NCBI GenBank assembly: GCA_027923505.1
Contig: BROI01000021.1
Coordinates: forward strand, 620,001 to 669,208
Direction of reading: 5' to 3'
DNA: 49,208 bases
DNA from: Mayamaea pseudoterrestris
Taxonomy: Eukaryota
Positions 32,441 to 43,347 of this stretch are shown here, piece by piece. A model generated the notes under the pieces. It did no database searches and had not been told where the DNA came from. It worked only from the letters and a program-made list of their open reading frames with translations. The position numbers were made by a program, and so were the translations under genes. Each line of letters begins with the position of its first letter. Within the stretch, counting starts at the first letter, position 1.

Positions 32441-32669
32441 GGTAGCGTCAAATATGCGAACTTGCCCCGGCGATGAAAATGAAGGGTTGTCCATGGCGAC
32501 GACGAAAAGAAACATCATAACCAAGCGGCAATGAATGTGATAAATGACTGTCATTTATACAGTACGCATATCTTTTGTGAGGCTCCTACCGGTACTCATC
32601 CCGAGGCCAATCATTTATTTCGCGATTCATAATGTATGTATTCGTGTCGATAGGCACTACGTAGGCACC

Positions 32670-34487
32670 ATGGCAGCTACGAAGGCGAGAGAAATGAGCA
32701 ACACTAACAAGCGCAAGTCCGACGAGACGTTAGGATTTAAAAAGGGAAAAGGAAAGGCTAATTCGGCCTTTAAAAAGCCAAAGAACCAAGAGACACGAGA
32801 CGACGGACATCGGCACGCCCGCAAGCATGCCGACGCGGTGGAGCAAGCAAAGCGGATTTGGAACCAACTTCGCTTGAAGACAAATACCCCAGAGCAGAAT
32901 CAAGAGTGCATGGATCAGTTGATGCCCCTCATTCGAGGCAAGGCCGCCCAAGTCGCCTTGCAACACGATGGCAGTCGGTGCGTGCAAGCCTGCGTGCAGT
33001 TTGGTACACTTACAGAACGCAAGGACATTTTGACCGAGTTTATTCAAGCTGGCATGCCAGACTTGTCCAAGAATCAGTATGCATGCTTTGCGGTTCTCAA
33101 AATTATCAAGTACTGTCACGTTGATGAAGATTCGGCCACCAGAATACTAAAGACATTCAAGGGACACGTTGCAAAACTAGCTGTTCATGCCGTTGCCTCG
33201 CGCGTCATGGACTCAATATTTACCAATTTTTCATCCAAGCAAACGATAATGCTCCGACAAGAGTTCTACGGACCGCAGTTCGCCCTCTTTGCGGTTGACA
33301 GTGGCGATAAGAAACCCCCGACACTCATGACATGCTTGACTGAGGCTCCCACTAAAAAGGAACAGACTCTTGATTTTGTCCGCAGTATCATCAACAAGGG
33401 CATGGCCAAGACACTGTACGGATTGCGATACTTTCAGGAACTATGTGCTGAGTATGTTGCCGTCGTTGATCCCACTGAAGTACGACAAATGGCCACGATG
33501 GCGGCGGATCATTCCATTCACTTGTTGTCGTCCAAGCAGGGGACGCGCGTCGTGGCAGCACTCGTGGCCTATGGAACGGCCAAGGATCGCAAGCGAATTC
33601 TTAAGTCGCTCAAGGGATATACACGCGCTGGTTTGACGCATCCTGATACCTACTTGGCAATTCTAAGGCTGGTGCAGTTGACGGATGACACCGTGTCGAT
33701 CCAAAAGAACCTGTTGAACGAGCTCATTGTCTTGCCTGACAAGACGACGTTAGACGAAAAGGTAGCGTCAAGGTGTGCCGCCGCCAAAGAAGAGTCAGCG
33801 ACCAGAGAGTCGCCGCTGCTCGAGCTTGCTTTGCATAAGAATGCGTCCAAACTATTGCTTTTGCTTCTCATGCCGGCTGGCAATGCTCGTGACAAGATAT
33901 TAGATCCGTACGAATCTTCAATCTTGTTTCTGAATCCAATGGTGACGGAGAACGGAAAGGAAATGCCTACATCGAAAAAGGATGCAGAAGTTCGAAGAAA
34001 AGAGTTGCTGGATTTTATGGAGGAATATTTGATCGCTTTGGGCGCCGAACATGCCAAAGAGTTGCTTCTTTCTTTATCTGGCTCGCTCGTTTTGAGGGAA
34101 GTCTACGCAACCTTTCGTTCCGAAAGCGTCGTTACTGCTATAGTGGATGCATGCGAGGCAGCGCTTGACGCTCAAAGCGCGAACGAGGATAACCAGCTTT
34201 TTGACGACAAAGTTGGTCATCACTCGATTCGCAGTCTTTTGCAGGTAGATGTTCTCTCCGCTGATAGCCCATTGGGTGTTGCGTTTCTGAAGCGCTTGGG
34301 CAACCGATTGATGGAGATTGCGTCGACTAGCCGTGGTGCGTTTGTCTTGGCGGCGCTCTGCAAAATTCCTGCCATCAGGAGCCTTGCACTATCAAAAGTA
34401 AAGATGTCGATCCAGGCGCTTGCAAAACAATCGAAGGAAGCTACTAACAAGGCAGGGTACGAAGCTTTGCTAAAAGAAATCTCGTAA
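32670..34487 (+). CDS. PUF6: Pumilio/PUF6 (PUM3/APUM24-like) nucleolar RNA-binding protein
   Basis: Lys-rich N-terminus, LQHDGSRCVQACVQFG, GTAKDRKRILKSLKG, TDDTV and TSKKDAEVRRKELL (CPL region). Confidence 0.9.
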   Translation: MAATKAREMSNTNKRKSDETLGFKKGKGKANSAFKKPKNQETRDDGHRHARKHADAVEQAKRIWNQLRLKTNTPEQNQECMDQLMPLIRGKAAQVALQHDGSRCVQACVQFGTLTERKDILTEFIQAGMPDLSKNQYACFAVLKIIKYCHVDEDSATRILKTFKGHVAKLAVHAVASRVMDSIFTNFSSKQTIMLRQEFYGPQFALFAVDSGDKKPPTLMTCLTEAPTKKEQTLDFVRSIINKGMAKTLYGLRYFQELCAEYVAVVDPTEVRQMATMAADHSIHLLSSKQGTRVVAALVAYGTAKDRKRILKSLKGYTRAGLTHPDTYLAILRLVQLTDDTVSIQKNLLNELIVLPDKTTLDEKVASRCAAAKEESATRESPLLELALHKNASKLLLLLLMPAGNARDKILDPYESSILFLNPMVTENGKEMPTSKKDAEVRRKELLDFMEEYLIALGAEHAKELLLSLSGSLVLREVYATFRSESVVTAIVDACEAALDAQSANEDNQLFDDKVGHHSIRSLLQVDVLSADSPLGVAFLKRLGNRLMEIASTSRGAFVLAALCKIPAIRSLALSKVKMSIQALAKQSKEATNKAGYEALLKEIS

Positions 34488-34510
34488 TATTATGTTAAAT
34501 GCAGATTTTA

Positions 34511-35789
34511 TTATAATGCATAATGAGGTTGGGTTTGATGCGCAACGGCCCAGTCGCGTAGGCCAGACGAGCACATACTCAGGACTCGATGCTGGTACCA
34601 CCGTAGCGATTTCGCTAAATGGTTACTTAGCAGTGAAGCTGCAGACTCATCGTCCTGTTCATCGTCTAGTGGGCTAAGCAGCAGCTGAAACGAAACGTCC
34701 GCGAGTCGGCTGGCCAAGCAAATGGCAATTTCAGGTGTCAGCACCGTCTCGTTGGAAAAGTGGTGAGGGTTATCAAGTAAGAATGCAGCCACCATGCCTT
34801 CTGGTATTGACGACGGACCAACTTCGTACCGGACTCCGTCAAGATAGACTTCCGCACTGGCTGAGTCGTCCTTCGAACTAAATTCTGGAACAAAGCCGTA
34901 TGATGCCAAACACTTGGCGGCAGGTTGAGCTGACGCACCGTAGTCGATAAATACTTGTTCACTCGATTCAAGATTTGATAGTGCTCTCACCACCAACGCA
35001 CTATTTTCAAGTATAAATTCCGCATTAGGAACATTCGAATGATTAATCATGTCAAAAACAGGAACCAAGCATCGCACAGCGTGGCCATCGTCCAAGATAA
35101 GTCTACAAGACCGCGTTTGCACAACATCCAAAGCGTACTGCACTTGCCCCTTTGTGTATGTGGATGGGCTTGAATGTAGTAACACATCTTCCACAGCTTG
35201 AGCGCGAGCAAAAAGGCCGAGTCGACATGGAGCTCCAACGCTGTTGAACTAGCAAACGTGACAAGATCCGAACTCCAATTGACAGGTAGACTAGCGGCGA
35301 GCAATTCTGGATCTGGAAGGAGGTGAGAATACAGTTCAAAGCTCGAGTCTTGAGCTGCTTGGCGCTCTAAAAACGCAGCAGCTAATCGAGGAGCCCATTG
35401 ATTTGAGAAAAAGAATCAGCAGCATTAATGTCTGGTGCCATTGGCGAAACATCATCACGTAAACAATGGCTGGATAGTGGAATCTTAAAAATCGTGTCTC
35501 CTTTCACAATCGACTGGGCTACATGGACACCACGAACGCCAGTCGCCGAAGTTTGCAGATATGTGGGATTCCCTGGAAGTATACCAATCTCATGGCAAAG
35601 ATCTTCGTATATAATGGCGTCCCTATCCGTCTGTTCCTCAATGCAGGAGTGCGTCCTCAGCTTCCGAGGAATGTAGGTGTCCGTTTGTCCATGGCAAAGC
35701 CGCAAATCTCTCGTTACCTTCGTTCCAGACACAATAAATGCAGTACTTGACGAGGCCTGTAGCAAGGCAAAGGCTAGAAAGCTCCTCAT
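34511..35789 (-). CDS. Plastid-targeted SET-domain (Rubisco LSMT-like) lysine methyltransferase, with two apparent single-base frameshifts
   Basis: Presequence MRSFLAFALLQASSSTA-FIV. Motifs GVRGV, LVPVFDMINHS, EQVFIDYG and LASYGFV. The frame is restored by adding one base in the homopolymers at 35408-35412 and 35210-35214. Confidence 0.8.
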
Positions 35790-35992
35790 GATGGACGAAA
35801 GTGCTGCAGCTGATGATAGCTGTGGCGATCTTCAAAAAAGCGGCAATTATAGTGATGTCGTACCGGTTCAGAAGCTTGTCGATCTTGAAAACTCGACGCA
35901 GTGCAGAGTGCATTGACCATGAGAAGATTTTGGTTGGAGTCGGCAATTCTCCTTGTAAATCGTACAGTTACTATATACTTGCACACGTCAAG

Positions 35993-38900
35993 ATGAAACA
36001 GAAGTCAGTGGAATCCTTCAAGCAATGGACATCACAACTTTCATGGAACAATTTGAAAGAGCTCCTTCATTTCGATTTCGATGAAACAGAGCAGCGACTC
36101 TTCCTGATAATGGTCGAGCTGCAAGCGCCACCACCCACCCCAATTCACCCGAGAGCTATTAATTTTAACAAATGTCAAGCGAAAGCATCTGATGGACGAG
36201 ATCCAGTAGCCAAGAGACGAAAGGATAATCAACATAGACAGCGATGGTTTAAGTACCTCAAGGACGATCGAGGTAGAACGATTGTGCAAGCGAGAAATTT
36301 CGAAGGCGAGGCATCGGGGCGCTGCCATCAACGATTGACTATGGGGTGCACGCGAGAGCAAATCGAAATGGACACTGCCTTACAAGCAGGTACTGTGGTT
36401 CATATATTGAGGAATGGACGATACAGCTGCTCGTACAACACGGACCAGCTCTGCCTCGGCTGCAACACAGAAACTGGCATTACAAAGAAACGCCTCGTTT
36501 TCAGAATGTTAAAGGTTGCATCGCGAGGTAAATTTGCGTCCGACTCACCGACAACAAATACCACATGGCTGCAGCCAACAGAGAACTGGTTCTCTTTGAG
36601 CAAATACTTGGCATGTCGCTTTGAATTTTCTCTATGGAAAGCGTTCTGGGGCACTAAACCAATAAACACACACGGTGAAGTCTTTTCTGCTTTCAATCAC
36701 ATGACCGAAGACACTGTCTGGTTGGTCATATATCGAGTTGTCGGGGCAGCATTGAAGGAAAATGTGCTGGTTGAAGTAAAAACGTCGAGGATCATTGATA
36801 GCTTTTTATGGCGGCTCTTGGAATGTTGCCCACGTAATGGCATTTGTAGAAGTACTTCACGCCCGTGTGCCCGACGATGCTTGAAAAATTTACACGAACT
36901 GACCTTAGAAGACATGGCTGATGCTCACATGGTGGAACTGAAACGGTCGATATCCAGAAACGTTCATGAGCTCCTCACATCGCTTGTGGCCGAGTCACTG
37001 CTTGCTGAGCTTGAACAGGATTCAATGTCTAAAGTTGACTCCAATCAGAATGGGCACAAAAAGAAATGCCGAAAAAAGAATTGTCATCGAAAGAGTAAAA
37101 GTGTGGGAGGTGTGAGCAGCAGTAAGATGACGAAAAGTTTGTCAGTTCTTATGGAAAATGACCATGACGATGCTGACTCGTTGCAGCAGGAGCTCTCCTT
37201 TCCAGATAATAAGACGTCGTCACGCGAGCGTCATCGTAACACTATATTTGTTCTCTCTATTGTTGAGGAGATAGTCGAAAATGCTTGTCGAAAGGTCGGT
37301 CTACCTGATAATTCTACCTCGAGCCCTCGCTGCGAACATTCTACTGCGCCCCTCTTAAGGAAGTTCGACCTTTTAGTTGACGATACCATGGTTCCGGTGA
37401 CAGGTGTTGCCTTATCACAACATTCCGTGCTGCTGCCGACTAATCAGCCAATGGTTGCGACGGAGCAGCAGTTTTTGGCAACGACACCAACGTCCGGAAT
37501 ACTAGGTGCCTCTCCAATTCGAAAGCTCTCTCACGAAAATCCCGCTGCTGTTGTGAACGCCAGTGGTATGGTCTGGGACGTAAGTGATGCGGCACTCGAC
37601 GATTGGGGACGTGTTCAAGGCTTTGCATCTCGAGAGCAGAGTATTTTTACAGAGCTTTTTCCGAGTCTTGACCAAGTTGCGTCTAACTCCAGGATACGAG
37701 TTCCAACTCTTGACTTTGTTGGATTTGAGCCGCAGCTAACGCAAGCCGAGAAACAGAGTTTTGAGCCTTTGACGAAAGCAAGGTTAGATGGTCTTTCACT
37801 TAAAGTGGGAGAGGAGTCTGGTAAGGGTAGTCGAGTGGATAAATCGGGCAAGGCTGTGGACATAATTGTGCCTTCAAAGCCGCATTTATCTCGGTCACTA
37901 TCTTCCTCAACTGGTGCGGAAACGCCAGCAGTTGTCACGGCAACTAATATGCGACCTTTGCATGCTACTAGGTCGCGTGACGATGTCCGAACTCTAGCGG
38001 TCGCTACTGCGTCAATGGGCGAGACAGTGGCTGTCAAGGTATCGCGCAGTGTTAGTTACCGCTCTGGTATTACTCGGCCAATAAAATCAAGAGACGATCA
38101 TGATATTCAGCGACAACGCAGGCCGGCTGATGCCCTCTCAAGCTATCGCTTTGTGATGGTGAAAGATGCTGTAATGAAAGCGCGAGACGACCATGACATC
38201 AGAGAGACCATTCCTCTTGTCCACAAGGCAGGAGTACCATCCGGGGGCGTACCTACTTATCGCTACCGCCTTTCAAGTCGCTCTTTGATGCCCGGAATGT
38301 GTACCACCACTGCAGGGTCGACAACATCGCCTAGACCTCCAAGCCATGTTAACTTTGACAATTCACGCGAAGCAAGAGATTTGTGCGCCAGGAGCGAAAC
38401 ACTTGAAGCTGGAGTTGACATGGACCATTGGCTGGATCGCCCTGACACAAGCATTGACGATGGCGATAATAACACGACGACAAAAGATGAAACGACTACC
38501 ATCACATCAGCACCGACTCATCATGAATCTGATGAAACGACGCGATTGCGAGAAGAGCGCAATGCGTATCGGGACATGTGTTTAACCCTTGAAGCAGAAG
38601 TCGCAAAGTTAACTAATTTGCTTGCGACACAGAGGGTGTCGTCAACACCAGCCGCCAGTGTTTCAGGCGGTCCATTCCAACCGAATCTTGCTGAGCCTGT
38701 ATTCGACCCAGAGTCGGTGGCTCATGGTTTCGTATCAACTAGAGCTAGAACGCTGGCTGCAATGAGTGATGCAGGATTTCGAGCAGAGCACGAGTCGATG
38801 GCGAGTGAAGAGTCTGTAGCCTTGAGACGTCATGGATTTGGCATGACGGAATCAGATTGGTCTATAGACCAAACGAGTGCGGCACTACAATCTACGCAGT

Positions 38901-40228
38901 TTCATTTTCCTTCATCTGTTAATCAAACAAGGGAATACAATGAACCATTACGTCGAAATGGAATGCAATCGCGACTGGCTTTAGATATCTGGCAGTTTGT
39001 CGACGCTACACATGCGCAGCTTCGCAAGCAGAGTCAGTTACGCCAAAATGCTGTTGAACGCATGATGCGATTAGTCAACACGTTGTGGCCGCGAGCACAA
39101 GTAAAACTGTATGGGAGTCATGTAACTGGCGTTTGTTTGCCATCATCAGACGTTGACTTCATCATCTGTTTGCCAGCGGTGCACAAAAATGATGTTGCTG
39201 TGGCGCCTGGTGTATTGGAAGGCCGCAACGCCATCAACGAAAGCTCACAGAAAATTTTATACCGAAAGTTAAAGGCCGAGCCTTGGATCGACCCTCGCTC
39301 GATAAAGTTGATAGAGCGCACATTAGTTCCTGTGATTAAAGTTTCTACGAAAGAGGCGAAAGGCAGAGCACTTCAGCTAGATATAACATTTGATGCACCC
39401 GGGCATCATGGCCTTGAGGCTGTCGAATTGGTGACTCAGATTATAAAGGAACTACCAACAATTCAAGCTCTGGTGCTTGTACTGAAGCAATTTTTGTTGA
39501 CCAAGAGCCTTTTGACGGCGTATACTGGTGGTTTGTCATCGTACTGCTTGTTCTTAATGGTTGCGCGATTCCTCCAGGAACAACCTTCGGTCTTTGTCGA
39601 CGTTGGGGCCCTTTTGATATCCTTTCTGGACTTTTTTGGCAATTTCTTTGATCCTCGGACGACAGGACTTAGCATTCGACGACGGGAGTACTTTGCGCGT
39701 CCAAGTTACTCGTCATCTCGCTTGCAACCCAGAACTATACCATCGGTTCCTACTCCGACGCCCCCGTCATGGCAAACACCTACCTACATTAGTCATCCTG
39801 CCGCAAACACTCAGTTTTACCGAAGAAATAGCTTCAGCGATAAAGGAAATGCTGAGGCTGTTGGTCATGGGCCCTTAATGATGGCAAGGCCCCACCAGCT
39901 TCATCATGGATTGTCACGACAGTCTCCATCACCTCACATGTACCTCCAAGATGGCGCGCTGACGAATAATACTGGCAGCAACTTTGAGCACAGAGTCTCG
40001 TATAACTTTGATCCACTGTGGGTGGAAGATCCATTGAACGAAAGCAATAATGTTGGTCGTAACGCATTTCGATACCTGCAAGTCCAGCGGGCCTTCTCCG
40101 ACGCTCACCGCGCATTGGTTGCTGCACTTGAGTGGGAGATGCCATCGGCGACTGATCTGGAAAATGACTCCGAGTACCCTTTGCTCAAGTGCTTACTACA
40201 AAGCGAAGATATGGTGTTTAATCTTTAG
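35993..40228 (+). CDS. Non-canonical poly(A) polymerase / terminal nucleotidyltransferase (TRF4/PAPD5-like) with long N-terminal extension
   Basis: LWPRAQVKLYGSHVTGVCLPSSDVD, VPVIK, LDITFD, LVLKQFL, YTGGLSSY and LWVEDPLNESNNVGRN (PAP-associated domain). Start taken at ATG 35993. Confidence 0.9.
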   Translation: MKQKSVESFKQWTSQLSWNNLKELLHFDFDETEQRLFLIMVELQAPPPTPIHPRAINFNKCQAKASDGRDPVAKRRKDNQHRQRWFKYLKDDRGRTIVQARNFEGEASGRCHQRLTMGCTREQIEMDTALQAGTVVHILRNGRYSCSYNTDQLCLGCNTETGITKKRLVFRMLKVASRGKFASDSPTTNTTWLQPTENWFSLSKYLACRFEFSLWKAFWGTKPINTHGEVFSAFNHMTEDTVWLVIYRVVGAALKENVLVEVKTSRIIDSFLWRLLECCPRNGICRSTSRPCARRCLKNLHELTLEDMADAHMVELKRSISRNVHELLTSLVAESLLAELEQDSMSKVDSNQNGHKKKCRKKNCHRKSKSVGGVSSSKMTKSLSVLMENDHDDADSLQQELSFPDNKTSSRERHRNTIFVLSIVEEIVENACRKVGLPDNSTSSPRCEHSTAPLLRKFDLLVDDTMVPVTGVALSQHSVLLPTNQPMVATEQQFLATTPTSGILGASPIRKLSHENPAAVVNASGMVWDVSDAALDDWGRVQGFASREQSIFTELFPSLDQVASNSRIRVPTLDFVGFEPQLTQAEKQSFEPLTKARLDGLSLKVGEESGKGSRVDKSGKAVDIIVPSKPHLSRSLSSSTGAETPAVVTATNMRPLHATRSRDDVRTLAVATASMGETVAVKVSRSVSYRSGITRPIKSRDDHDIQRQRRPADALSSYRFVMVKDAVMKARDDHDIRETIPLVHKAGVPSGGVPTYRYRLSSRSLMPGMCTTTAGSTTSPRPPSHVNFDNSREARDLCARSETLEAGVDMDHWLDRPDTSIDDGDNNTTTKDETTTITSAPTHHESDETTRLREERNAYRDMCLTLEAEVAKLTNLLATQRVSSTPAASVSGGPFQPNLAEPVFDPESVAHGFVSTRARTLAAMSDAGFRAEHESMASEESVALRRHGFGMTESDWSIDQTSAALQSTQFHFPSSVNQTREYNEPLRRNGMQSRLALDIWQFVDATHAQLRKQSQLRQNAVERMMRLVNTLWPRAQVKLYGSHVTGVCLPSSDVDFIICLPAVHKNDVAVAPGVLEGRNAINESSQKILYRKLKAEPWIDPRSIKLIERTLVPVIKVSTKEAKGRALQLDITFDAPGHHGLEAVELVTQIIKELPTIQALVLVLKQFLLTKSLLTAYTGGLSSYCLFLMVARFLQEQPSVFVDVGALLISFLDFFGNFFDPRTTGLSIRRREYFARPSYSSSRLQPRTIPSVPTPTPPSWQTPTYISHPAANTQFYRRNSFSDKGNAEAVGHGPLMMARPHQLHHGLSRQSPSPHMYLQDGALTNNTGSNFEHRVSYNFDPLWVEDPLNESNNVGRNAFRYLQVQRAFSDAHRALVAALEWEMPSATDLENDSEYPLLKCLLQSEDMVFNL

Positions 40229-40259
40229 CGTTATGTTTAATGGTTTGTTACGCATCAAC

Positions 40260-41354
40260 TTAAAAATATTTTGTCCCAAAGACCTCCTTGTCGTGCTGCT
40301 TTTTCCTCTCGTCTCTCGTCGTGATAGTAATGGAGTTGTCCGCGTTGATGTTTGGTCTATCCAGCCTGTTGGCATATGGCGGCTCTAAAACGGCACGCTG
40401 GGCGTCAGTCAAATCGTCGTATATAGCAACTGGCCAAGCCCCACCTTCATGACCAAAGTAAGATCTTCCATATGCATTCGTAGCGGGGCTGAATCTGTAC
40501 AGGCAGACGCGGCGCTGTTGGTCGCGCTGCCAAGGCAACGCCCCATGAATCGTTCCTTCACTAAAAAGTACCACATCCCCAGCCTTGGTCACTGGCTGAC
40601 GAATAAACTCGGCATACAGTTCTCCATTCACCATTCCCTTGGGCATTTTAAAGTTTGATTTGTGACTCCCCGGGACGATGCAAAAACCGCCGTCGTCTTG
40701 ATTGTGGTCTGTTAAAACGAGGCTGCAGCCAAGCAAGGCAGTGCGAATGGTGCCTTGATGACACGCGTACGCCAAGTGCGGATTGTACTCGCCCGACACG
40801 CAATCAATCGTTCCTCCATGCAGTTGAAAGCCTTCCGCGCCCTTGTCCTGTGCAATAATGAAGGGAAGATGGTCCATCCTATAGCCCTTGCCCAAAATGC
40901 CGTGAAACAATGGGACGAGTCGCGCATGCGCCAAGACTTCCTTGAACACTTGCGAGTCTAATCCCCATTCTAACACTTTGCCCAAATCCTTTCGTCCAGG
41001 TCCAGTCCCATAGAAGTTTGTTCCAGCCACCGCGTTGCGAAGTGCACCGTCGGTTCGCTCAACAAACTCATGCGAATGCCTGTCAATAGCAGCATTGGCT
41101 TGTTGGACCTGCTCCGGCGCGAAGACATTGCGCACCACAAGATATCCATTCAAGTCAAAGAGATAGCGCTCATCGTCCGTCATTTCGATGGGATCTGCTG
41201 GACCGTCTCCACTAACCAAGGTATTCATTCCGATTATGGGCGTGCCACGAAAGGTTCGCCTAAGGTAATGCCAGTAATACGGAGACGACGAGTGAAAAGC
41301 GCGACTGAAAGAGAATGAAGTAAGAAGCACCATGCAAGAGTAGACTCGGCGCAT
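40260..41354 (-). CDS. Phytanoyl-CoA dioxygenase (PhyH)-family Fe(II)/2OG enzyme, probably plastid-targeted
   Basis: YLFDLNGYLVV, GGFCIVPGSHKS, KAGDVVLFSEGTIHGALPW..RR. Presequence ..FSFSRA-FHSS. Confidence 0.88.
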   Translation of the reverse strand: MRRVYSCMVLLTSFSFSRAFHSSSPYYWHYLRRTFRGTPIIGMNTLVSGDGPADPIEMTDDERYLFDLNGYLVVRNVFAPEQVQQANAAIDRHSHEFVERTDGALRNAVAGTNFYGTGPGRKDLGKVLEWGLDSQVFKEVLAHARLVPLFHGILGKGYRMDHLPFIIAQDKGAEGFQLHGGTIDCVSGEYNPHLAYACHQGTIRTALLGCSLVLTDHNQDDGGFCIVPGSHKSNFKMPKGMVNGELYAEFIRQPVTKAGDVVLFSEGTIHGALPWQRDQQRRVCLYRFSPATNAYGRSYFGHEGGAWPVAIYDDLTDAQRAVLEPPYANRLDRPNINADNSITITTRDERKKQHDKEVFGTKYF

Positions 41355-41767
41355 TGGGGTTGTAATGAAGAATTAAATGGTCTATGGGGAAGGTGCGGAA
41401 TATAGAAACGGAAGTAGTCGTCAGCCACCAATTGGCCTCTATCGAATGCCGTCTCGTTAGCAGCTTCTCACTGACTTGCTTTACAAGTAAGGTGAGCTTC
41501 GTGGAAGTACTGTACTTGGTCAACAGCCATGGCGATTATCATGCCATGGTGATAATATATTTCTACGATGGCGAGAGGACGTGCTCGTTGTGAGTCAGTC
41601 GGTCGGATTGGAGTGTCGCATCGCAAGCGACTTCCTCGTCACACGCCAAGCGTCACGCGCTCGCTGGATGGACCCAACCGGCACCTTTTTTGCTCTTCAC
41701 CTTCACTACATACAGTACCTCCAGACCACTTCTGCTCTAGCCTATGTGCTGTCAATAGCGTGTAAAC

Positions 41768-42778
41768 ATGACTTCATCTACTGCAAACCCTTGGGCTTGG
41801 CTTGGTCTCTTGAAATGGTCACTCACGTATTCCGACGGAACGAGACCGACCGATCTGTCGCCCATGGCACAGGAAGACCGAGAATTTCTCGACAAGGTCA
41901 TGCGAGAAGGCATCATTGACGAGAATCAACGCATGAAAGAGATTCTCCAATTGGTAGCACAACGAATGGAAAAGTGGAAGGAGATAGACGGGGCTGACAT
42001 AACGGAAGAACAGGAAGAAGGCCTCGAAATGTTGTTGCTCGAGCTGCGTGACATTGTAGAGCAGATTGATTACGCTCGAGCATTCGCGGCACTCAAGGGC
42101 GTTGCATTCTTGTTGGGATGCATTCAAGAACCTAAAGTCCCTGTATCGACACGGGCCGAATGCTGTGGAATTATCGCAACAATGGCTCAGCACAACCCGC
42201 CAGTGCAAAAGGAAATGTTGGAGGCTGGAGCTTTGAAAACTCTGAGTGACTTGTTCTTCACCAATGACCAGGAGGACGCTTTTCAGGCACGCTTGATACA
42301 GGCCATGTCGGCCATTGTCCGTCAGAACAACCTCGCAGAGACAGTATTTTGCAAGCTGGAGCAGTCGGTTCCTTTGTTCGAGTCGGCATTACGCAAAGGA
42401 GGAAGTCTAGTCGTGCAGAAGCGTGCCATGTTCTTTCTGTCGGCATTATTGGCTTCCGACGAGTCTGATAGTCAGCGAACAAGTGAATTTGCATCTGTCC
42501 TTGCGCTTGTGGAGGCTGAATACATGGCAACGTTTGTGTCGCCGGATACCCGAGAGTTGTCATTATCGTTGATGCTGCAGTTGATAGAACGCGATTTAAT
42601 TTTTGTTGATGAACGGCGAAAGAATGATCTGGCTGCGCTTGGAGTGGACCGCATTCATGCTTTACGCAACATGGATTGTGACGAAGCATTGCACACTCAT
42701 GCAGCTATTGAATTGGAACTATGGGAGCAACTGTTATCGTTGCTAGCAACAGTTAGCATAATGCCTGCCGCACCATAG
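41768..42778 (+). CDS. FES1: Hsp70 nucleotide exchange factor Fes1/HSPBP1-like
   Basis: WLGLLKWSL, MAQEDREFL, LRDIVEQIDYARAF and AQHNPPVQ, followed by ARM repeats. Confidence 0.85.
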   Translation: MTSSTANPWAWLGLLKWSLTYSDGTRPTDLSPMAQEDREFLDKVMREGIIDENQRMKEILQLVAQRMEKWKEIDGADITEEQEEGLEMLLLELRDIVEQIDYARAFAALKGVAFLLGCIQEPKVPVSTRAECCGIIATMAQHNPPVQKEMLEAGALKTLSDLFFTNDQEDAFQARLIQAMSAIVRQNNLAETVFCKLEQSVPLFESALRKGGSLVVQKRAMFFLSALLASDESDSQRTSEFASVLALVEAEYMATFVSPDTRELSLSLMLQLIERDLIFVDERRKNDLAALGVDRIHALRNMDCDEALHTHAAIELELWEQLLSLLATVSIMPAAP

Positions 42779-42856
42779 TATATATACCAAAGAACTACAC
42801 TCATCAAAGCAATAGGAATATCTACCGTTATATCCAGTGTGCGAAGGAATGGTAGT

Positions 42857-43347
42857 TTAATCATCGCCAGCAGCGCGCTTGGCCTTGTGCTTGGCAATGC
42901 TTGCGCCAGTACCACGAATCTTCTTGCCTTTGTTCTTTGCCTCCTTCATTGCTTTTCTGGAGTACTCCTTCTTCTCCAAAACTCCCTTGCGAATTAGTCT
43001 ATGCTTGGGCTCGAACTTCCGCATGGCGTCCTCCGAATCATAGATCAAGCAAAAGCCAGTGCTGCGGCCACCACCAAATTTGGTTCGGAAGCCAAAGAGA
43101 ACAGTCAATTTAGGATCAGCCTTGTACATGCCTCCGACGACATCTTGCAGCTCAGTCTTGGGAACATTAGGGCGTCCAGGATGAATGATATCAACAATGA
43201 ACTGCAGAAGAAACGCGCAAGGAAGAAGTGAGATAATCATTCTCGCGAATATCAGCAGTTCCATTCGTCGAAAAAGAAGCGTACCTGCTTTCGCGAGAGC
43301 AGAGGATTCTTCTTAAATTTACGCGTCTTTACTACAACGGCACTCAT
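42857..43347 (-). CDS. RPS24: 40S ribosomal protein S24 (eS24). Exons 43347-43285 and 43201-42857
   Basis: MSAVVVKTRKFKKNPLLSRKQ|FIVDIIHPGRPNVPK..FGFRTKFGGGRSTGFCLIYD, with a GTACGC..CTGCAG intron. Confidence 0.97.

Noticed and set aside
29987..32554. gyrB as bacterial contamination or recent horizontal transfer
   Set aside because: It has a eukaryotic bipartite targeting extension and sits among ordinary nuclear genes. Organellar gyrase is expected in algae.
35801..35992. N-terminal ORF extensions here and at 3965, 16886-17179, 32441-32554 and 32544-32669
   Set aside because: Several start at GTG/TTG, and they run into promoters or neighbouring genes. Downstream ATGs give more plausible starts.
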